From assembly GCA_035712125.1 (NCBI GenBank), contig DASTBJ010000769.1, forward strand, positions 1 through 38,907: DNA of 38,907 nt. Direction: 5' to 3'. The position numbers and the translations under genes were made by a program. Position 1 is the stretch's first letter, and every line of letters starts with the position of its first letter. Below the pieces are notes generated by a model. It saw only the letters and a list, made by a program, of their open reading frames with translations, made no database searches and was not told the DNA's origin. Shown piece after piece: positions 9,566 through 16,837 of the stretch. This DNA is from Terriglobia bacterium. GTDB lineage: Bacteria; Acidobacteriota; Terriglobia; 20CM-2-55-15.

Positions 9566-10147
9566 CTATCGGTCGTCTATTTGATCGTCGTTTGATGTTA
9601 CCAGACGGTTCGGGGATCCGGTCTGAAACATCCGGATCGCGGCGATCCCCGCGGCTCCGGCCTGGATTACTTCCTCGATCACTTCGGGCGTAATACCTCC
9701 AATTGCGAGAACCGGAATGTGCGCATGCAACGCGACGTTGCGCAAGGCCTCGAGACCTACAGGAACTTTGCCTGGGCTTTCAAATACCGGACCAAAGATG
9801 ACAAAGTCGGCTCCGTCCCGTTCCGCCTGCAAAACTTCGTCGAGCGAATGTGTTGAACAGCCCATGAATCGAACAAAGGATCTGACACGCGCGGCCGGCA
9901 AGCCGTTCGCCGGCAGGTGCACACCGTCGATGTTTGCGGCCAGGGCCACATCGAGTCGATCGTTGACCAGAATCCTGGTGGAGGTCCCTGCGGCAGCGTC
10001 GCGAACCTGGCAAACGAGTTCGTAAAGGGGGCGCGCATCAAGATCTTTCTCGCGAATCTGAATCATGTCGACTCCGTCACGTATAGCGGTGTCGACGGAA
10101 GAGAGAAGATCGCCCCGACGTCGATCTGTTACGTAACAGCGGATCAT
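9566..10147 (-). CDS. thiE: Thiamine-phosphate synthase
   Basis: 193 aa. Motifs [23 protein letters not shown] and VLAIGGI. Confidence 0.85.
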   Translation of the reverse strand: MIRCYVTDRRRGDLLSSVDTAIRDGVDMIQIREKDLDARPLYELVCQVRDAAAGTSTRILVNDRLDVALAANIDGVHLPANGLPAARVRSFVRFMGCSTHSLDEVLQAERDGADFVIFGPVFESPGKVPVGLEALRNVALHAHIPVLAIGGITPEVIEEVIQAGAAGIAAIRMFQTGSPNRLVTSNDDQIDDR

Positions 10148-10398
10148 TCCGCCGTCCGGGGAGGAGTCCGGACCGACTTAACGAAGTGGCGTAGTTCGGA
10201 AATGCCGATGAGGATGTCGATTCCGCCCAGGAGCGTTACTCCGGCGCGGAAGAACCCGTGCAGAACGATAGGCCGGAATGCTGGAACGTAGTTGAGAAGG
10301 TAGTTGCCTTCCCAGAGTTCCGACCACGGAATGAACACCAGGAACAGACCGATTTCGAAGCAGAAAAAAATCGACGCAATCGAAAGAAGTCTGCCCAT
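10144..10398 (-). CDS. Small two-TM membrane protein, unknown function
   Basis: 84 aa with two hydrophobic helices. The start abuts the rplS stop (TAAATG) and the stop overlaps the thiE start (ATGA), which argues for genuine coupled translation. Confidence 0.55.
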   Translation of the reverse strand: MGRLLSIASIFFCFEIGLFLVFIPWSELWEGNYLLNYVPAFRPIVLHGFFRAGVTLLGGIDILIGISELRHFVKSVRTPPRTAE

Positions 10399-10770
10399 TT
10401 ATTGCCCGGCAGATTTCGCTTCTTTCCCTTCCTTGATCTCACGGATGCGGGCCGCTTTGCCTCGCAGTTCACGGATGTAGTACAGCTTTGCCCGTCGGAC
10501 TCGGCCCGATCGCACCAGTTCCACCTTGTCGATGGTTCGGGAATGCAGCGGGAAGATGCGTTCAACGCCGTGACCGAAGGACATCTTGCGGACTGTGAAG
10601 GTGGCGCGGTTGCCGCCGTGCTTGATGCCGATGCAGATACCTTCAAAAACCTGGATACGTTCTTTATCGCCTTCCTTGATCTTGACGTGGACCTTCACCG
10701 TGTCGCCCGGTTTAAAGTCCGGAATATCGGTCCTGAGTTGCTGTCGTTCGACCATGTCGAGTACATTCAT
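10399..10770 (-). CDS. rplS: 50S ribosomal protein L19
   Basis: 123 aa. Contains [31 protein letters not shown]... Confidence 0.95.
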   Translation of the reverse strand: MNVLDMVERQQLRTDIPDFKPGDTVKVHVKIKEGDKERIQVFEGICIGIKHGGNRATFTVRKMSFGHGVERIFPLHSRTIDKVELVRSGRVRRAKLYYIRELRGKAARIREIKEGKEAKSAGQ

Positions 10771-10777
10771 GAGTGCC

Positions 10778-11467
10778 TCACTTTAGTAAATCCGGTCTGT
10801 TTCGTGCTGTTTTTTCTTGGGCCGCCTGCTCGCGCCATTTTCTGACCGCCTCGTGATCCCCCGAAATCAGGATTTCCGGCACCGGCCATCCGCGAAACTC
10901 CGCCGGCCGCGTGTAATGCGGGTGTTCAACCGTTGGTTCCAGCGCCGCCGGATCGGAGAAGGAATCTCTCAAGACCGATCCTTCCTTCCCGACAACACCG
11001 GGAACGTAACGGGCCACCGCATCGACGATGATCACCGCGCCAATCTCACCACCCGACAGCACGAAATCTCCTACAGAGAGTTCCGCAGTCGCCAGGTGCT
11101 CTATAACCCTTTCGTCGATCCCTTCATACCGGCCGCAAATCAGGATCACCTGGCTTGCCTTCGACAGCCTCAGCGCCTCACTCTGGTTGAAACGCCGCCC
11201 GGAAGCGCTGAGCACGACGACTTCGGCATCGGTGCTGGTGCGAGTCGACTCCACCGCCTCAAAGAGCGGTTCGGGTTTGAGCACCATGCCCTCACCGCCG
11301 CCGAAAGGGCGATCATCGACGGTCCGATGCCTGTCGGACGTAAAACTTCTCAGATCGTGAATCCGTGTCTCGAGAAGTCCTTTCTCTCGGCCCCGTCGAA
11401 CGACTCCGAAATCGAATGGTCCACGAAAGAATTCCGGAAAAATCGTGATCACATCAAAGACGATCAC
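10778..11467 (-). CDS. trmD: tRNA (guanine37-N1)-methyltransferase
   Basis: 229 aa. [22 protein letters not shown] and YTRP motifs. Confidence 0.95.
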   Translation of the reverse strand: MIVFDVITIFPEFFRGPFDFGVVRRGREKGLLETRIHDLRSFTSDRHRTVDDRPFGGGEGMVLKPEPLFEAVESTRTSTDAEVVVLSASGRRFNQSEALRLSKASQVILICGRYEGIDERVIEHLATAELSVGDFVLSGGEIGAVIIVDAVARYVPGVVGKEGSVLRDSFSDPAALEPTVEHPHYTRPAEFRGWPVPEILISGDHEAVRKWREQAAQEKTARNRPDLLK

Positions 11468-11991
11468 TTGTTCAGGTCCGCCAGTCCCTCAGGCAGTACC
11501 ACTTCGATCCGTCGCTGTCCGAGGTCCACTTTCCGAAGGTACGCCTGAGCAAAAGGGATCAGAATCTCCCCCTCCGCACTGGCGACTTCCAAAATGTGCG
11601 TTCCACCGCTGTCGAGAACATCTGTCACGACGCCCAGCAGATGCCCATCGGTTTCCAGAACCTCGCACCCTTTGAGCTGGAACGTGTAGTAGCGACCGTC
11701 TTCCACCGGTGGAAGTTGCCGCTCCAAAACTCCCAGTTCGGCACCGACCAGTCTTTCAGCATCCGAAATGGAATCGATGCCCTCTAATTTCAGGATCAGG
11801 CGACCGTGTTGTCTCCGGTAGAACTCGATCCGGGCGTCTTCTTGGACGCCCGCCCGAAGAATCGTCACGGGTCGGCCCGGTGCGAACACGCGATCGTCGT
11901 CGAGGATTGCCTCAACACGCAGCGCGCCGTCAAGACCCTGCGGTTTTGTGATGCGCGCTATCCGAATGAAAGCCGCTTCGCCAGTATTTAT
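11464..11991 (-). CDS. rimM: 16S rRNA processing protein RimM (5' end uncertain, probable non-canonical start)
   Basis: The ORF track starts at GTG 11889. The conserved RimM N-terminal motif IARITKPQGLDGALRVE is encoded in frame upstream (about 11961-11911). That frame is open from 12036 and has no ATG, GTG or TTG before 11889. ATA at 11991 sits 10 nt after GGAG. Confidence 0.75.
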   Translation of the reverse strand: MNTGEAAFIRIARITKPQGLDGALRVEAILDDDRVFAPGRPVTILRAGVQEDARIEFYRRQHGRLILKLEGIDSISDAERLVGAELGVLERQLPPVEDGRYYTFQLKGCEVLETDGHLLGVVTDVLDSGGTHILEVASAEGEILIPFAQAYLRKVDLGQRRIEVVLPEGLADLNK

Positions 11992-11998
11992 CGGAGTA

Positions 11999-12229
11999 TT
12001 ACTCCAGGATTTCCAGGGTAAACCGCTTTTTGAGCTTCATTCCGGCCGCGCCGAGAATCGTCCGGATTGACCGGGCGGTTCTGCCTTGCTTACCGATAAC
12101 CTTACCGAGGTCGCTCGGGGCAACCCTGAGCTCGAGTACCGTCGTTTGTTCGCCCTCAATCGCAGTAACAGAAACTTCGTCCGGACTGTCAACCAGAGCT
12201 TTTGCGATTTGCTCGATGAGCTCCTTCAT
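11999..12229 (-). CDS. KH-domain RNA-binding protein (YlqC/UPF0109 type)
   Basis: 76 aa with [18 protein letters not shown] (GxxG KH loop). Conserved position between rpsP and rimM. Confidence 0.85.
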   Translation of the reverse strand: MKELIEQIAKALVDSPDEVSVTAIEGEQTTVLELRVAPSDLGKVIGKQGRTARSIRTILGAAGMKLKKRFTLEILE

Positions 12230-12332
12230 AAGCTTCCTCCCGTTTCCACTTCAACATCCTGCAGACGGAATGTGAGCCTGAACAAGAATGGTCCAGAACA
12301 GAGAGGAGCCGCAGAGCCAACCGTAGACGACG

Positions 12333-12575
12333 TTATTTCACAATCTCCTTCTTGCGGAGAATGCTGCGTACGGTCTCGGAAGGCTCGGCGCCCTTCGACA
12401 GCCAGTATTGCGCCCGTTCCGGGTTGATATCGATCAGCGTGGGATTGGCAATCGGGTTGTATTGCCCCAGAACTTCCAGGAACCGCCCGTTGCGCGCCCG
12501 CCGTTTGTCGATCACGACAATCCGGTAAAATGGACGTTTCTTAGACCCGATACGGGCCAGACGCATAGTTACCAA
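12333..12575 (-). CDS. rpsP: 30S ribosomal protein S16
   Basis: 80 aa, (M)VTMRLARIGSKKRPFYRIVV. TTG start with AAGGAGG 7 nt upstream. Confidence 0.95.
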   Translation of the reverse strand: MVTMRLARIGSKKRPFYRIVVIDKRRARNGRFLEVLGQYNPIANPTLIDINPERAQYWLSKGAEPSETVRSILRKKEIVK

Positions 12576-12609
12576 ACAGTTGCCTCCTTACCTAGAGAGA
12601 AACCTGTAG

Positions 12610-12640
12610 ATTATAGACGGAATCCCGCAGGGGATGCCAA
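12610..12640 (-). promoter_or_regulatory. Possible internal promoter for rpsP
   Basis: On the minus strand, TTGGCA (12640-12635), a 19-nt spacer, then TATAAT (12615-12610), just after the ffh stop. The spacer is longer than optimal. Confidence 0.3.
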
Positions 12641-12643
12641 CAC

Positions 12644-13969
12644 TCAAAACGGCATCTTCATGCCCTTCATGCGTTTTCCGAACAAACTGCTCTTCATCGT
12701 CTTCATCATCTTTTGCGCCTGGACGTACTGCTTAAGCAATTGGTTAACTTCCTGGACGCTTGTACCACTTCCCTTGGCGATACGTTTCCGCCGGCTGCCA
12801 TTGATGATCTGATGGTTCCGCCGCTCCTTGGGCGTCATGGAGTCGATGATGGCTTCGGTCCGAACCAGTTCTTTTTCATCGACTTTTGCCTTCTGCATCT
12901 CCTTAAAGGGGCCTACTGCAGGAAGCATGCTCAAGATTTGATCCATGGTGCCGAGTTTCTTCAGCTGCCGTAACTGGTCGCGGAAGTCCTCAAGGGTGAA
13001 ACTGTCCTTTTTCAGCGTCTCCAGCGCCTGTTTCTGATCAACGACCTCCTGGGCCTTTTCGATCAGCGAAAGAACATCTCCCATTCCGATGATCCGGGAA
13101 GCCAGACGGTCCGGATGGAAGACCTCCAGAGCATCGTACTTCTCGCCCATGCCCACGAATTTCACCGGCTGGCCTGTAACCTGCTTAATCGAAAGGGCGG
13201 CGCCACCCCTCGCATCGCCGTCCATCTTTGTCAGAACGAACCCGTTAAATCCGAGTCTTTCGTGGAATTGCTGGGCGCTTTTCACGGCATCCTGTCCGAG
13301 CATCGCGTCGGCAACAAACAGGATTTCGTGCGGCCTGATCTTCTGCTTGATTTCTGTCAGTTCGGCCATGAGCTCCTCGTCGATGTGCAGCCGCCCTGCG
13401 GTGTCGATCAGAAGAACGTCGTGTCCGGTATTCCGGGCTTCGCGAAGCGCACCTTCACACAGGGCAAGGGGCTTATCGCCCGGCGCCCCATCCCAGATCT
13501 TCACCTCGATGTCCCGGGCAATAACCTTGAGCTGCTCGCGCGCCGCCGGACGGTACACGTCCACCGAGACCAGCATCGGCCGATGATTGTTTTTCGAGAG
13601 CCACTTGGCGAGTTTTCCGGTGGATGTAGTCTTACCGGACCCCTGAAGTCCGACCATCATGATGACCGTCGGTGGTTGCGAGGTGAAGTTCAGCCGGACA
13701 TTCTCCCCGCCCAGAATCTGAATCAGCTCTTCGTGCACAATTTTCACGATCTGCTGGCCCGGACTCAGGCTTTGCATCACTTCCTGTCCCAAAGACTTCT
13801 GCTTTACGGCATCTGTGAACTGCTTGACGACCTTGAAGTTGACGTCGGCCTCGAGCAATGCGATCCGGATTTCTTTCAGGGTTTCGTCGAGGTGCTGCTC
13901 GGTGATACGTCCTTCGCCTTTGAGGTTCTTGAAAATGCGCTGCAGTTTTTCGGATAGCGTATCGAACAT
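12644..13969 (-). CDS. ffh: Signal recognition particle protein Ffh
   Basis: 441 aa. GLQGSGKTT P-loop, DTAGR, and a Met-rich M domain at the C-terminus. Confidence 0.95.
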   Translation of the reverse strand: MFDTLSEKLQRIFKNLKGEGRITEQHLDETLKEIRIALLEADVNFKVVKQFTDAVKQKSLGQEVMQSLSPGQQIVKIVHEELIQILGGENVRLNFTSQPPTVIMMVGLQGSGKTTSTGKLAKWLSKNNHRPMLVSVDVYRPAAREQLKVIARDIEVKIWDGAPGDKPLALCEGALREARNTGHDVLLIDTAGRLHIDEELMAELTEIKQKIRPHEILFVADAMLGQDAVKSAQQFHERLGFNGFVLTKMDGDARGGAALSIKQVTGQPVKFVGMGEKYDALEVFHPDRLASRIIGMGDVLSLIEKAQEVVDQKQALETLKKDSFTLEDFRDQLRQLKKLGTMDQILSMLPAVGPFKEMQKAKVDEKELVRTEAIIDSMTPKERRNHQIINGSRRKRIAKGSGTSVQEVNQLLKQYVQAQKMMKTMKSSLFGKRMKGMKMPF

Positions 13970-13979
13970 GGTGATTCCC

Positions 13980-14756
13980 CTACTTTCGTTGAATCCTTAA
14001 GATACTTCGAGCCTTGCCGGTTTCACCATCCACATCGATCACGACCGCGTTAAGTCGGACATCCTGGGACGCCGGCTCGAAGCGTTCCGGCATCTGCGTC
14101 AGAAAACGTTTGATCGCGGCTTCCTTCATCACCCCAATGACGGAATGAAACGGACCGGTCATTCCCGCATCCGTCTGGTATGCCGTTCCCCCGGGCAGGA
14201 TCGTTTCGTCAGCCGTGGGAATATGGGTGTGACTGCCGATGACTGCAGAGACCCGTCCATCCAGATACCACCCCAACGCGACTTTTTCCGAGGTCGCGTC
14301 GGCGTGGATGTCCACGAAGATGACTTTAATTCCCTTCGGCAATGCAGCCAGCTCGGCGTCCGCAACGCGGAACGGATCGTCGATCGGCGGCATGAAAACG
14401 CGGCCCTGGAGATTCAATACTGCAGCCGGTTCGCCCGTTCGCGTCTTAATCATGACAATGCCATGGCCGGGATTCCCCGGAGGATAGTTTGCGGGTCTCA
14501 ACAATCGCGATTGTTTATCGAGATAGGGAAGGATCTCCCTCTTGTTCCAGATGTGGTTGCCCGATGTAAGTACATCCACTCCCCAGTCGAAAAAATCGTC
14601 GGCAAGCTGAGGGGTAACGCCATTACCGGGTGCCGCATTCTCACAGTTGAGGATCGTGAGGTCGATGGAGTACTCCTCCTGCAGCTCCTTCAGGTGACTT
14701 CTGACGATAGTCCGCCCAGCGCCGGCGACCGTGTCGCCGATATATAGGATTTTCAA
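13980..14756 (-). CDS. YmdB-like metallophosphoesterase (2',3'-cyclic-nucleotide phosphodiesterase family)
   Basis: 258 aa. (M)KILYIGDTVAGAGR, NCENAAPGNG and GSHTHIPTADE motifs. TTG start. Confidence 0.85.
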   Translation of the reverse strand: MKILYIGDTVAGAGRTIVRSHLKELQEEYSIDLTILNCENAAPGNGVTPQLADDFFDWGVDVLTSGNHIWNKREILPYLDKQSRLLRPANYPPGNPGHGIVMIKTRTGEPAAVLNLQGRVFMPPIDDPFRVADAELAALPKGIKVIFVDIHADATSEKVALGWYLDGRVSAVIGSHTHIPTADETILPGGTAYQTDAGMTGPFHSVIGVMKEAAIKRFLTQMPERFEPASQDVRLNAVVIDVDGETGKARSILRIQRK

Positions 14757-14769
14757 AAAGATCAGACTT

Positions 14770-14991
14770 TCTAAGGCGGCGCCTGAAGCGCCGCCGGAAT
14801 GTTTTGCCCCGCTCAGCCGTGTGGCCCACCTATTTGAACCTGCAAAACAGGTGGGCGCCCAGAGAACGCTTTAGGGGATCTTATTCCCTCCATGGAGGGC
14901 CAGACCCACACACCACGCTCGTAAAAGGGCTCCCTATCAAATAAGCATTGGTTCAAATTTTAATTGGAACCAACACCAACCTCGCAGGGTT
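14770..14991 (-). ncRNA. Unclassified, highly structured ~215-nt RNA (discrete sRNA, or long 5' leader of the ymdB-ffh-rpsP... operon)
   Basis: No ORF. A strong promoter lies upstream. Helices on the minus strand: a long imperfect hairpin at 14932-14989 with an 11-bp core (GGUGUUGGUUC/GAACCAAUGCU) and about 6-7 G.U pairs overall. Those G.U pairs would be A.C mismatches on the plus strand. Also GGGUCU/AGAUCC enclosing CCCUCCAUGGAGGG (14886-14899), GCCCACCU/AGGUGGGC (14824-14856), and the terminal GC hairpin (14775-14795). Confidence 0.45.
14775..14795 (-). terminator. GC-rich hairpin 19 nt upstream of the ymdB-like start (terminator/attenuator candidate)
   Basis: Minus strand GGCGGCGC-UUCAG-GCGCCGCC, a perfect 8-bp stem. 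It is followed by UUAGAAAGUCUGAUCUUUUU, so the U-tract is poor. Confidence 0.4.
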
Positions 14992-14996
14992 AACAG

Positions 14997-15025
14997 ATTC
15001 TATGGGAGTGGCGGGCGGCGGTCAA
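14997..15025 (-). promoter_or_regulatory. Sigma70-type promoter driving the structured RNA / ymdB-ffh operon
   Basis: Minus strand TTGACC (15025-15020), a 17-nt spacer, then TAGAAT (15002-14997). Predicted start near 14990. Confidence 0.55.
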
Positions 15026-15056
15026 CGGGACAATCTATCCTAAGCAGGTTGTATGT

Positions 15057-15296
15057 CTAGGATCGTGGTTTGAACCCGATCTTCAGGCGTACGGCTTCAG
15101 GAATTTCAGCCAATATTTCTGATTGTGCCCTCAGTATTGCCTTGATGTCTTCGAGGCTTCGCTCGACTCGGGCTATTCGCGCTTCCAATTCTCCGAATTT
15201 CTTTTGACTTTCTCCGAGCTGAGCAACAAAAGTCGCCTGATTTTGAATCAGCAACGCCATTGCCTGGGCGAGGGGATCGTTTCGGTGCGTACGCAT
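15057..15296 (-). CDS. Small coiled-coil protein, unknown function
   Basis: Within the 106-aa ORF I prefer the internal ATG at 15296, giving MRTHRNDPLAQAMALLIQNQATFVAQLGESQKKFGELEARIARVERSLEDIKAILRAQSEILAEIPEAVRLKIGFKPRS. It has heptad-like character but I recognise no family. Confidence 0.4.
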   Translation of the reverse strand: MRTHRNDPLAQAMALLIQNQATFVAQLGESQKKFGELEARIARVERSLEDIKAILRAQSEILAEIPEAVRLKIGFKPRS

Positions 15297-15465
15297 TGGT
15301 CGTGATCTCCGTGATTTGCCGGGAGACCGCATAGGGTGGTCCGAGTATACCAGCGGAAAAATGACTGGTAGCAGCATACAGGCGAGAGCATGATCTTTTT
15401 ACACCCGTTCAATTCCGGATCCGGACCTGCGATTCTTACGATAACCAATAAACCAGGAGTACGAA

Positions 15466-15882
15466 ATGAAAGTCGATGTGAATCCTTACCTGAGTTTCAA
15501 CGGCCAGTGCGAGGTAGCGTTTAAGTTTTACGAGCAGTGTCTCGGCGGCGAGGGCCTGTCGTTCCACAAGTACGGCGGTTCACCCATGGAAAACCAAGTG
15601 CCGCCCGAGTGGAAGGATCGCGTGATGCACTCAACCCTCTTGTGCGGCAAAACAGCACTCATGGGCGCGGATGCACCCCCGCAATACTACCGGGAGGCTC
15701 AGGGGTTTTCTGTCTCTCTCAATGTGGATAAAGCAGAAGATGCCGATCGCGTCTTTAGCGCTCTTGCCCAGGGCGGGAAAGTGCAGATGCCGATTCAGCA
15801 GACTTTCTGGGCGAAGAGGTTTGGCGTGCTCATCGATAAGTTCGGCATTCCGTGGATGGTTAACTGTAGCGAGCAGCCCTGA
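15466..15882 (+). CDS. VOC-superfamily protein (PhnB/YjdN-like glyoxalase fold)
   Basis: 138 aa. NPYLSFNGQCEVAFKFYEQCLGG...FWAKRFGVLIDKFGIPWMVN is characteristic of PhnB-like proteins. AGGAG lies 7 nt upstream. Confidence 0.8.
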   Translation: MKVDVNPYLSFNGQCEVAFKFYEQCLGGEGLSFHKYGGSPMENQVPPEWKDRVMHSTLLCGKTALMGADAPPQYYREAQGFSVSLNVDKAEDADRVFSALAQGGKVQMPIQQTFWAKRFGVLIDKFGIPWMVNCSEQP

Positions 15883-15988
15883 TTCGTTGAGCGGCGGCCG
15901 AACGCTCGAACCCGGGGTTAGACCTCATCTCAAACCTCAGGACGTGAATCCGACCACGCGGGTTCAAGATAGAGCCGTAAGGCAGGTC

Positions 15989-16007
15989 CTCGCGCTCGGG
16001 GCGCGAG
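15989..16007. terminator. Hairpin between convergent genes
   Basis: CTCGCGC-TCGGG-GCGCGAG, a 7-bp stem. On the plus strand it is followed by CTCAGTTCTTTCT. It lies directly after the stop of the minus-strand membrane-protein gene. Confidence 0.3.
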
Positions 16008-16008
16008 C

Positions 16009-16437
16009 TCAGTTCTTTCTCGCAGTCTGGACGCGGGGGAAGTAGCGGACCACGAAGAGCACGTACACCAGCCAGAGTGCGAACCACGCAGACGCGACGG
16101 CAAGAAGCCTGACCGTGAAGAGGATCATGCTCGGCGCCAGAAACAGCAGGACGCATCCGAGCAGCCACAAGCGATCGCCTCGAAGAGAGAACTGAGTCCG
16201 CTCGGCCTCGTCGATCCGGCCGCCCAGCGAGGCGCCGTAGTAATAGAAGGACGCGAACGCGAATGAAAACGTCGCCACACCCATCACGATCAACGTTGCC
16301 TGATACCGCAAGGCGTCGACCTCGCCGCTCGCGAACCTCGGATACAGAAAGAACAGCAGGAACGTGAAAATCGCGATGCTCGATGCGGCGAGCTGATACG
16401 ACCGATTAACGTTAGCTGCAGCAAGATCGTCGGCCAT
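16009..16437 (-). CDS. Four-TM integral membrane protein, unknown function
   Basis: 142 aa with four clear hydrophobic segments. No motif recognised. Confidence 0.55.
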   Translation of the reverse strand: MADDLAAANVNRSYQLAASSIAIFTFLLFFLYPRFASGEVDALRYQATLIVMGVATFSFAFASFYYYGASLGGRIDEAERTQFSLRGDRLWLLGCVLLFLAPSMILFTVRLLAVASAWFALWLVYVLFVVRYFPRVQTARKN

Positions 16438-16837
16438 TGAAATCCCTCCTCAGTTCGTCATCACACGCAGTGCTTGTGAAACCCACGAGAAAGCGCAGAT
16501 AGCCCTTTCAAGCTCGTACAAGCCGGGATGCAGCGGTCCGCTTCCGGGGATGATTCCGTCGTCATGCGTCCCTTTGGGGGAGACTCCCGCCGAACCTCGA
16601 TCTGCGGCGGCGGGTTGATCGCCTGGTTAGGCCAGCCCGCATAATTGGGTTCACGTTTAGTCTGTTTAGTCTACGAAATCTTCAGACAACTTAGGTTAGA
16701 ACCTTCGCACGTCCACCCAGTTTCACACTCGGGCAGGTCTGGGACCGAAAGCACTTAGAGGTAACGAGGCCGCTCGGGCAAGCGTTAGAATGGCTCTCAT
16801 TCCGCTATCCAACGTCACCAAATTGGGGAAGGCTCAC

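Noticed and set aside
14817-14836. Minus-strand CAAAUAGGUGGGCCACACGG resembling the T-box sequence (AAUUAGGGUGGUACCGCG)
   Set aside because: The match is only partial. I could not build an antiterminator pairing with the 5' half of the terminal hairpin. The downstream genes are not aminoacyl-tRNA synthetase or amino-acid genes.
14770-14991. 6S RNA, SRP RNA, RNase P RNA or tmRNA as the identity of the structured RNA
   Set aside because: There is no long-range 5'/3' closing stem with a central bubble (6S). There is no GGAAGCAGCC-type SRP domain IV motif, no GGAAAGUCCGG (RNase P), and no tRNA-like ends or tag ORF (tmRNA). 6S remains worth testing with a covariance model.
15958-15970. GCGGGTTCAAGAT resembling a tRNA T-arm (possible tRNA or att remnant)
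   Set aside because: There is no complementary CCCGC to close the T-stem. No acceptor or anticodon arms can be drawn in the 126-bp spacer.
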